From Planctomycetota bacterium (GTDB taxonomy: Bacteria > Planctomycetota > UBA11346), in the NCBI GenBank assembly GCA_014193115.1, contig BJHQ01000002.1:3975-67974 (forward strand): DNA of 64,000 nucleotides. Direction: 5' to 3'. How positions within the stretch are numbered: position 1 is the first letter of the stretch; each line of letters starts with the position of its first letter. Made by a program: the position numbers and the translations under genes. The notes below the pieces were generated by a model. The model worked only from the letters and a program-made list of their open reading frames with translations, made no database searches and was not told the origin of the DNA. Shown here one piece after another: positions 27,888-35,118 of the stretch.

Positions 27888-29060
27888 TCATGGCGGTGCT
27901 CCGGCCGTGAGAGGTGGCATCTGCGCCCGCCGCCGGAATTCGGGCCACGGGATCAGCTCCTCATACGCCGCTGGGCCGACCATCGGCCGGCTGGCGTCAC
28001 CGCGCAGTTCCTCGCCGGCGGCGCCGGGGCGCAGGCGGTGGTGCTCCCACAGGCTGGCCATCGGGTTCAGGCCGGTGGACAGCACGATGCCGACCCGGCC
28101 TTCGTGGACCGGGATGTTGAGCACGCTCTGCCCTGGCCGGCCGATCACCAGAATTCCAGGAAATCCAGCGGCGCGGCAGTCATTTTCGACGGCGTGCAGG
28201 GCGTCGAGGGCGCTCATCGGTGCCTCGCGGAAGCTGGCCGTGATCGCACCGCTGCCACTGGCGGCAGCACGGCTGACGCTGGTCAGGTTGGCACGGATGA
28301 AGGTCTCGTTGGGCGACAGCGTGGTCGCGTCGTAGCGGATCATCTCCAGGAAATGCGCTGGTTTTCCGCCATCGAAACGGAGCAGGCCACCGAACAGCGG
28401 AAGGGTCGGGATGCCGCGGCGGAGGAACACCGAAGCCAACGTCAGCGAGCACACCGTGCCGACGCCGACGTGCCCGGAGGGGACCTGGCGACCCAGGATG
28501 TCCTCGCCCTCACCCGCCAAGAGCAGTCGTCCGCCCACCGCCAGTCCGGCGCGGAACACCGCTTCGATCTCGTCGCCCATCGCCGGCAGGAGTTCCCTGG
28601 GCAGCACATAGGCATTGACCGAGACCAGACCGGTGCCGCGCCCCGGATCGAAATCGAGCTGACAGGTGATCTCCTCCATCTTTGCGAAGATCGACCCGAG
28701 ACGCCGGGCGACGGTCAGTTCGCGGGCGACTTCACCGCCGGCTGAGGTCAGCCGGTAGCCGCGGCGGCCGTGGCGTTCGATCAGGCCTGCCTCGGCCATC
28801 TCGGCCAGGTACAGGCGAAGAGTCCGCTCCGACCAGTCGAGGCCTTGGCCGCTCAGGCCATCGAGCAGATCCCGCGAGCCGACCAGTTCCTTCCACGGCT
28901 GGTCGCGGAGGACCGCAAGAATCGGCTGGTAGCGCTCGCCGTGGGACCGCACCAAGGCCCGCAAGTCGTCAGGGGACGCCGCCACTGGGGTCGGAGGTGG
29001 TCCGACCGGATCGTCCTGGTCGCTGGAAGCGCCATTCAGGAGGGGTGAAGTGAGAGGCAT
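27888..29060 (-). CDS. NrpR-like (DUF128) winged-helix regulator, single regulatory domain
   Basis: The wHTH-like stretch is TLRLYLAEMAEAGLIERHGRRGYRLT. It is followed by GVGTVCSLTLASVFLRRGIPTLPLFGGLL...YDATTLSPNETFI...GSGAITASFREAP...GLNPMA, which by eye matches the NrpR regulatory domain. The gene is 80 nt upstream of gltB on the same strand. Confidence 0.6.
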   Translation of the reverse strand: MPLTSPLLNGASSDQDDPVGPPPTPVAASPDDLRALVRSHGERYQPILAVLRDQPWKELVGSRDLLDGLSGQGLDWSERTLRLYLAEMAEAGLIERHGRRGYRLTSAGGEVARELTVARRLGSIFAKMEEITCQLDFDPGRGTGLVSVNAYVLPRELLPAMGDEIEAVFRAGLAVGGRLLLAGEGEDILGRQVPSGHVGVGTVCSLTLASVFLRRGIPTLPLFGGLLRFDGGKPAHFLEMIRYDATTLSPNETFIRANLTSVSRAAASGSGAITASFREAPMSALDALHAVENDCRAAGFPGILVIGRPGQSVLNIPVHEGRVGIVLSTGLNPMASLWEHHRLRPGAAGEELRGDASRPMVGPAAYEELIPWPEFRRRAQMPPLTAGAPP

Positions 29061-29071
29061 GGCGGCCGGTA

Positions 29072-29096
29072 CCTAACGGCAATGATTGCCGTTAGG
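29072..29096. promoter_or_regulatory. Perfect 25-bp palindrome, candidate operator in the nrpR-like / folD-fusion divergent region
   Basis: The sequence is CCTAACGGCAAT-G-ATTGCCGTTAGG, with 12-nt arms and a 1-nt centre. It lies 12-36 nt upstream of the NrpR-like ATG. The 1-nt centre is too small for an RNA hairpin loop, which favours a dimeric-protein DNA site. Confidence 0.4.
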
Positions 29097-29456
29097 CGCG
29101 GAGTTCGTAGGGGGTTTCCCTGGATTGGCAAGTGCTGGAATTACATCTTTAACAAGACGGAACAGCCGCTCAAGGCGATATAGTGCTTCAAGATGCGTCG
29201 GTTTGCGGAGATTGGAGGATCACATTAGTTCAAACGATACAATTGATCAAGAGAATGGGCCGGCTCTCTTGCCGATTTATGCGCCTCATTGCGGCAACTA
29301 TACCCGACTTGGGAGACACTACCAAGGTGCAAGTCGGTGGATCGCTCACCGTGCCGCGGCCGTTCCGACGCGATCCAATGCAAGACCGTTTCGTTTCGTC
29401 GGACTTCCAGCATGGCCTGGCTGGACGGAGCCGTAGGTTGTCCACCGGAGGTGGCG

Positions 29457-32273
29457 ATGTCCGCACGCAGGATCGACGGCAAGGCGTTGGCTGAAGAACG
29501 GCGGACGGTGCTGGCCGAGACCGTCCGCGGGCTGGCTGTACGCGGCATTCGCCCCTGTCTGGCGGCGGTCACCGTGCGTGCTGACCAGGCCTGGGAGCGC
29601 TATGTCCGCAACCAGGCGTCGGCATGTGCGGCGGTCGGCATCATTCATCGAGAGCAGCACTGTCCGGCCCAGGCCAGCGACAGCGATCTGGCCGAGGCCA
29701 TCGAGGCGTTGAATGCCGACCCGGAGGTCCACGGCATCATCGTGCAGAGCCCGTTGCCGGCGGGCATCGACGATCGTGCGGCAAAGGCCCTGATCGCTCC
29801 AGGGAAGGATGTCGAAGCGGTCGGCCCGGCCCGGCTCGGACAACTGCTGGCGGGAGTTCCTGGGCCGGCGCCGTGCACGGCGGTGGCGGCGGTGGAACTG
29901 GCCCGGCGGGCGCTTCTGGAAATACACGGAACCAGGGATTTCACTGGAATCGAAGCAGTCGTGGTGGGCGCTTCGACCATCGTCGGAAGGCCGGTGGCGC
30001 AGCTGTTGTTGAATGCCGGTGCCACGCCCACCATTTGCCACATCGGCACCCGCGATCTGGCTGAGCACACCAGAAAAGCCGATTTGCTGATCGTCGCGGT
30101 GGGTAAGGCGGGCTTGATTTCGGCCAGCCAGGTCAAGCCCGGAGCCATCGTCGTCGATGTGGGGATCAATCGGGTGATCGGCCCGGATGGCGTCGCCAAG
30201 ACGGTCGGCGATGTCGCCGATGATGTCTGGGAGGTGGCAGGGGCGCTGACTCCCGTTCCCGGCGGGGTTGGCGCGATGACCACCACCATCCTGCTTGAGG
30301 CGACGGCGAGCGCGGCCGCCCACGGCGACCATCGCCCGAACCTGGATGCGGCTGCGGTGCGGCGATTGCTGGGACCAGCCGCCAGCGGGTTGGAAAGCCG
30401 CCTGGCTGAGCGGATCGCCAGGCTGATCGGCGGCCACTTGGCCGCTGGCGGCGCCACCGTCGCCAGCGCTCTCGAACGGCGTCTGGCATCCGGTGTGACC
30501 ATCTTCGATGGCGCTATGGGCAGTGAGCTGATCGCCCGCGGCGTCGCTCCCGACCAGGTGGTGCGCGCCCCGTTGGACCATCCGGATCTGGTGCTCGCGA
30601 TCCATCGCGCCTACCGCGAAGCGGGAGCCGAAATCGCTACGGCCGCGACGTTCGCTGCCAACCGCTGGCGGTTGGGAGATCGCGACACCGCGCTGCGGGC
30701 CGCATCGGCCGGGGTCCGACTTGCCCGGCAGGCAGCGGCCGGCTCAGGCGCTCAGGGGTCTGCTCCGCAATTGGTGCTTGGCGCGATCGGGCCATGCGGT
30801 CGTGCGGTCGGCGCCGAGATTGCAGCGAGCGAAGTCGAAGATGCAGCAGGCGAGCTGGCTTTGGCCATGGCCGATGCCGGAGCCGACGGCCTGGTCTTGG
30901 AAACCATGCAAAGCACCGCCGAAGCGGTTGCCGCCTTGGCCGGTTGCCGCCGGGCGACGTCCTTGCCGGTGATCGCCTGCCGATCGATCGAGCGGGACGA
31001 TCCGGCCGAAATCGCCGAGTTCGCCCGGGCGATGGAATCTGGCGGTGCAACCGGCATCGGCGTCAACTGCGCCGCCGGTCCGCGGGCGATGCGGGCGGTG
31101 GTGGCGCGATTGGCCGCAAGCACCCGCCTGCCGGTGCTTGCCCGTCCCAACGCCGGTTTCCCCGAAGCCGTCGGCGCATCCGATCCCGCTGGTCCGGGCT
31201 GGCGCTATCACCTGCGTCCAGCCTGGTTGGTCGACAACGCCAAAGCCTATGTCGCGAGCGGGGTCGCGGCGGTCGGTGGTTGCTGCGGCGTGGCCCCGAC
31301 CCACATTGCCGCGCTGGCTACCGCCTTGTCGGGCGCAGCCCGGATCACACCGGGAACCGCGCCGGAGGATGCCGCTGCCGCAGCACATGCCGATCTGATC
31401 GCCGCCGATCGGGTCGCTGTCGGTCATCCGCTGCTCGCCCGCCGGGACCGCTTGGCGGTGGTCGGTTCAGTTCCAGCCCGCTTGCCAGCGGGCATCGCTG
31501 CCGCTGCGCTGCGTCGCTTGACCGGCGCCGGCGCCGATGCCGTCGCCTTGTCGAGCCTGTGGCCGGGCAGCCCGCAGGGCGCTCGCCTGGCGGCCCGGCT
31601 GCGCCACACCCGGGATCAGACCGGAGCTCCGGCGGTGCTCGAATTGTCCGGGGGAACCTCGCTGCGCGCCGCCCAGGATGCGCTGATCGCGGCCGGCCTG
31701 CTCGGGATCGATCTGGTGCTGGTGGACCAGGGCGGAGCGCCGGCATCGACCAGTGCCGAGCGGGCCAGTGCGCTCGATCTGGTGGCCTTGACCACGCGCC
31801 TGGCCGCAGGCCGGGACTTGGCCGGATCACGGCTCGACGCGCCGATTCCGCTCACCTGCGGCGTCCGGCTGAGCGGCGGCGCTGCGTCCGGCGAGCTGAT
31901 CGGATTGCCGGCGCTGGTCTCTGCTGGCACTGCCTTCGTCGTGCTGCCCCCGACCTACGAACCAGCCCGCTTCCGGGCCTTGATGACCGCCCTGGACTTC
32001 GGCGCCAACGCGCTACCGATCTTCGCTGAGGTGCTGCTGCTCAGCGATCCAGCCCTCGCCGAGGAGCTCGACAATGAACTGCCGGCGCTGTCGGTACCGC
32101 AGCGGCTCAAGGACCTGCTGGCCGCCGATCCCGGGGCGGATGCTGCTGGAGTGCTGAAATTCCTGCGCCATTGGCGATCCCGGCTGGCTGGAGTGTGGAT
32201 TTCGCTCGCTGACGAGAGGACGGCGCCAGCAGAAGCCGTGCTGCGCGCGGTCCGCGCCTTCACTCCGGTCTGA
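29457..32273 (+). CDS. Tri-domain fusion: FolD (methylene-THF dehydrogenase/cyclohydrolase) + homocysteine S-methyltransferase domain + MTHFR-like domain
   Basis: A GGAGG RBS lies 6 nt before the ATG. The FolD part carries IDGKALAEE, VQSPLP, VVGASTIVGRP and PVPGGVGAMT. The Hcy-binding part carries IFDGAMGSELI, IGVNCAAGP and VGGCCGVAPTHI. The C-terminal third reads as an MTHFR-like TIM barrel (PIFAEVLLLSDPALAEELDNELPALSVP). Confidence 0.8.
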   Translation: MSARRIDGKALAEERRTVLAETVRGLAVRGIRPCLAAVTVRADQAWERYVRNQASACAAVGIIHREQHCPAQASDSDLAEAIEALNADPEVHGIIVQSPLPAGIDDRAAKALIAPGKDVEAVGPARLGQLLAGVPGPAPCTAVAAVELARRALLEIHGTRDFTGIEAVVVGASTIVGRPVAQLLLNAGATPTICHIGTRDLAEHTRKADLLIVAVGKAGLISASQVKPGAIVVDVGINRVIGPDGVAKTVGDVADDVWEVAGALTPVPGGVGAMTTTILLEATASAAAHGDHRPNLDAAAVRRLLGPAASGLESRLAERIARLIGGHLAAGGATVASALERRLASGVTIFDGAMGSELIARGVAPDQVVRAPLDHPDLVLAIHRAYREAGAEIATAATFAANRWRLGDRDTALRAASAGVRLARQAAAGSGAQGSAPQLVLGAIGPCGRAVGAEIAASEVEDAAGELALAMADAGADGLVLETMQSTAEAVAALAGCRRATSLPVIACRSIERDDPAEIAEFARAMESGGATGIGVNCAAGPRAMRAVVARLAASTRLPVLARPNAGFPEAVGASDPAGPGWRYHLRPAWLVDNAKAYVASGVAAVGGCCGVAPTHIAALATALSGAARITPGTAPEDAAAAAHADLIAADRVAVGHPLLARRDRLAVVGSVPARLPAGIAAAALRRLTGAGADAVALSSLWPGSPQGARLAARLRHTRDQTGAPAVLELSGGTSLRAAQDALIAAGLLGIDLVLVDQGGAPASTSAERASALDLVALTTRLAAGRDLAGSRLDAPIPLTCGVRLSGGAASGELIGLPALVSAGTAFVVLPPTYEPARFRALMTALDFGANALPIFAEVLLLSDPALAEELDNELPALSVPQRLKDLLAADPGADAAGVLKFLRHWRSRLAGVWISLADERTAPAEAVLRAVRAFTPV

Positions 32274-32453
32274 CCAGTCGCGATCGCCCGGCGAGCCTGC
32301 CAGCATGACAAAACCACGCGCGATTCACCGCCAAATTGGAAACACGGGTCGCCTCGCCCGGAGCGCCGCACTTCGTGCGGCCGGAGCACCGGCGACCTCT
32401 CCGGAGCGCTTGCGCCGCGTCGCGAAGTTCACGACACCGTCCTCAGGCCGCCG

Positions 32454-33401
32454 ATGACCGAGGAAGCCGGACTGTTCGGGCTGCTGACCGAGCAGCTGAT
32501 CGTGGTCGCCACCGTGGCTGGCGCGGTGGCGGCGATGCCGGCGCTGCTCGAATGGCTGGCCGAGCGCCGCCGTCGCCGGGAATTCCTCGCGCTTTCCCTG
32601 GACGAATTGGATCTGCGCAGTCGCGCAGTGCGGTCCGCCGGGTTGGAGCCGCTGCTCAGCGAGAACGCCGATCTGATCGACGCCATCAGGTCGCCGGCCC
32701 GCTATCCCCAGGCAGCCACCACCGGCAATGAGATCCTGATCCTGGGCGTACCGATGAGCGGCCGAAAATCCCTCGCTTTGCGTCTGGCCCAGGAGGCCGG
32801 CATCCAGCGGGCGCTGGTCCTCCATAACGCCGCCAACGTCGACGCCCTGGCCTGGTCGCGGGATCGCATCCACCGGGTGCGTGGCGTGACCTGGCTGCTG
32901 CTCATCCCCAACCTCGATCGGGTGTTCGCCAGGGCCGACGACGACGAGGTCGTCGCCCAGCTCGAAGCCCTGGTCGAGGCAGCATCGGAGCAACGCAACA
33001 TCGTGGTCATAGCCACCGCTGACAGCCTGGTTCCCGACAGCACCCTCGACAACCTGTTTGGAATCAAGCTGCTGATGCCGGGCACAGCGTCGGTGCTGCC
33101 GCGCACGCCTCCGCGTTCGGCTGACGCCTTGGCGTACCACCGGGCGGTTGCCGAGCATTACGTCAAACGGTTCGGCGAACACCAGGTGCAATTCAGCGGC
33201 ATCGATGGCCTCGACCGCGACGCCTTCATCACCCGGTTGCTATCCTTGGTCAGCAACCCGGCCGAAATCGAGGACATCTGCACCTTGTGCCTGAATGCGG
33301 CGATCTTCCGGTCGCATCACGGCGGCCACCGCACCATCGACACCGGGATCGTCGATCGGGCGTTGGCTCGGACCCTGGTTGGCGTGTCTGCAATGGAGTG
33401 A
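32454..33401 (+). CDS. Membrane-anchored AAA+-like protein with degenerate Walker motifs
   Basis: It has an N-terminal hydrophobic helix (LIVVATVAGAVAAMPALL). The P-loop-like GVPMSGRKS carries an extra residue, Walker-B is replaced by LLLIPNLD, and VVIATAD is sensor-1-like. GC3 is high. Confidence 0.6.
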   Translation: MTEEAGLFGLLTEQLIVVATVAGAVAAMPALLEWLAERRRRREFLALSLDELDLRSRAVRSAGLEPLLSENADLIDAIRSPARYPQAATTGNEILILGVPMSGRKSLALRLAQEAGIQRALVLHNAANVDALAWSRDRIHRVRGVTWLLLIPNLDRVFARADDDEVVAQLEALVEAASEQRNIVVIATADSLVPDSTLDNLFGIKLLMPGTASVLPRTPPRSADALAYHRAVAEHYVKRFGEHQVQFSGIDGLDRDAFITRLLSLVSNPAEIEDICTLCLNAAIFRSHHGGHRTIDTGIVDRALARTLVGVSAME

Positions 33402-33626
33402 GCGGTCGCAGGCTGGCGCTGGGCGCCATGGGATGCTCAGGGGCAGATCAGCGCCACGCTGGGAAAACAGGCGCGGTAGCGGGCCACGACGCGGGTCAGG
33501 ATCGACAGGCCTGCGGCAGCAGCGTGGTCACCAAAGAAGAAATCCGCCAAAGGCGAGATCTTTGTATGCGGAAGAGCAGAGAAGCGCGCTCAGACCGGGA
33601 AGTTCGTTGTGCCCCGTGCGACTTGA

Positions 33627-34571
33627 TTAGACGGAGTAGCCGCCGGCGATGCCCTTCACCACCCTGCTGACCGCATCGTGGGGATGCAGGCTTTCGACAT
33701 GCCGGGCTTCGACGGTGAAGTCGGCGATGCGCGGATCGGCGTCCAAGGCGGCCTTCAACCGGCGGCCGGCGTCTTCGCAGAACATCAAGTTGGTGCCGTT
33801 CAGGCGTGCGAACTCCTGTTCATCCTCACGCTTGACGGCGGCTTGCACCGGGGTCTTCAAAGCGCCTTCGAGCAGGTCGATCAGCTCGACGAAGCTCGGA
33901 GCCTCCTCGGGATCGGTGATCCTGGCCTCGACCGTGGCGTAGCTGCGTTGGCTGTGCGGGGTGGCCACGAAACTCGACTCAAGGGCGAGCCAATCGGCGA
34001 CCTCATCCACCGGGATCATCGATCGGGCAGAGAAATCCTTGAGGAATTTCTCTTGGATGAGCTGCCGGGCGAGGGCGGCCGAACAGGGGCAGGTGCTGCT
34101 GTAGGCGACTTGGCAGCCGATCGCCAAGCGGTGCCCGCCGTTCTGCAGGGTCCCTGCGATCGACACCGGATAGGTGCGCCACGAAGTGTTCAGCGATTTC
34201 AGCGCCGGCCGGCGCACCAGCAGATCGAACGACAGGCGGATTTCGGCGGCATCGCTGATCGCGTGGTGCGATCCGAGGAACGCGGTGAGCAGATGCCGCA
34301 CCGTGGTCAGGCTCAGTTCCTCTTCGGATAGGATCGCCTGAAGGCTGAGGTACAGCCGGGACATGTGGATGCCCCGGGCTGTGGGATCGGACAGGCTGAC
34401 GAAGGCGTCGGCCTTCGCGGCACACAACATGGTGCTGCCGCTATCGTCGCGCAGTCTGACCGGGACTTCGATGCCAGTCATGCCGACCCGGTCGAGCACT
34501 CCGCTGACCGGGGTGCCGGTGGCGTGGGCGACATCTGGCATGGCGCGCTGGGGAGGGCGGATGATCGGCAT
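33627..34571 (-). CDS. folE2: GTP cyclohydrolase FolE2 (type IB, COG1469)
   Basis: GIHMSRLY, YSSTCPCSAALARQ, TPHSQRSYATVE and VESLHPHDAV are present. The ATG at 34571 is preceded by AGGAGA at 6 nt. G/C at third positions rises from 31/54 in the upstream codons to 45/54 downstream. Confidence 0.85.
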   Translation of the reverse strand: MPIIRPPQRAMPDVAHATGTPVSGVLDRVGMTGIEVPVRLRDDSGSTMLCAAKADAFVSLSDPTARGIHMSRLYLSLQAILSEEELSLTTVRHLLTAFLGSHHAISDAAEIRLSFDLLVRRPALKSLNTSWRTYPVSIAGTLQNGGHRLAIGCQVAYSSTCPCSAALARQLIQEKFLKDFSARSMIPVDEVADWLALESSFVATPHSQRSYATVEARITDPEEAPSFVELIDLLEGALKTPVQAAVKREDEQEFARLNGTNLMFCEDAGRRLKAALDADPRIADFTVEARHVESLHPHDAVSRVVKGIAGGYSV

Positions 34572-34914
34572 GGCTTGCTCTCCTGCGCTGACCGTGGCCG
34601 GCGCAGGATGGTCACAATGTTTACCAGCATAGACGTTCGACGCCGCTGGGGAAGCGTCGGCCAGCGGTTGCGCTGGTTCGGCCGGAGAACCTGAGGCGAT
34701 CAGGCAGGAGGATTCGGGACGGAGAGGTGCGGCCATGGCCGGCTCCTGGAAGCGCAGATGCCCGTGGTTAGGGCGTCTGGCACAGGGCTGCCGACGAATC
34801 TCGCACGGGCCGCATCGGTTCACCCGATTCCCTGTCCCGGCGAGGAGGATCTGCTGGTTGAGTGTTACAGCTTACTGAATTTCTGATCGCGGCAAGTCGC
34901 ACTGCCGTTGGACA

Positions 34915-35118
34915 TCAGCCACCGCCGACCAGCGTCACCACTTCGACCTGATCGCCTTCGCTCAGCCGAGTCGTCCCGTGTTCGGCGCGCCGGACCAGGT
35001 CGCGGTTTCGCTCCACAGCGACCCGGGCGCCGGTCAGGCCTAGAGCAGAAATCAGGTCGGCGACGGAGGTGCCATCGGGCAGCTCCCGGGCCTCGCCATT
35101 CACGGTACAGCGAATCAT
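34915..35118 (-). CDS. thiS: ThiS/MoaD-like ubiquitin-fold sulfur-carrier protein (67 aa)
   Basis: [23 protein letters not shown]...[10 protein letters not shown] ends in a C-terminal Gly-Gly. An ATGA overlap links it to the queG stop. Confidence 0.75.
   Translation of the reverse strand: MIRCTVNGEARELPDGTSVADLISALGLTGARVAVERNRDLVRRAEHGTTRLSEGDQVEVVTLVGGG

Noticed and set aside
23200-28335. A 1711-aa ORF lies on the plus strand.
   Set aside because: It lies entirely antisense to gltB and gltD, whose products carry unmistakable glutamate synthase motifs. The translation is low-complexity and Ala/Gly/Arg/Asp-rich, which is typical of shadow ORFs in GC-rich DNA.
29250-29350. The strings ATCAAGAG ... 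GGCAAC ... AAGGTGC resemble a SAM-I (S-box) riboswitch upstream of the FolD/Hcy-methyltransferase fusion.
   Set aside because: The conserved P2 kink-turn/pseudoknot core (GAGGGA...GGCCC) and a convincing P1 are missing, and AGAG is sequestered in its own hairpin. I cannot call a known riboswitch class. The region is kept only as an open question in the findings.
34572-34823. The folE2 track ORF extends 84 codons upstream of the chosen start.
   Set aside because: G/C at third positions is 31/54 in the codons just upstream of the ATG at 34571, against 45/54 just downstream. A good AGGAGA RBS precedes 34571. FolE2 similarity begins after it.
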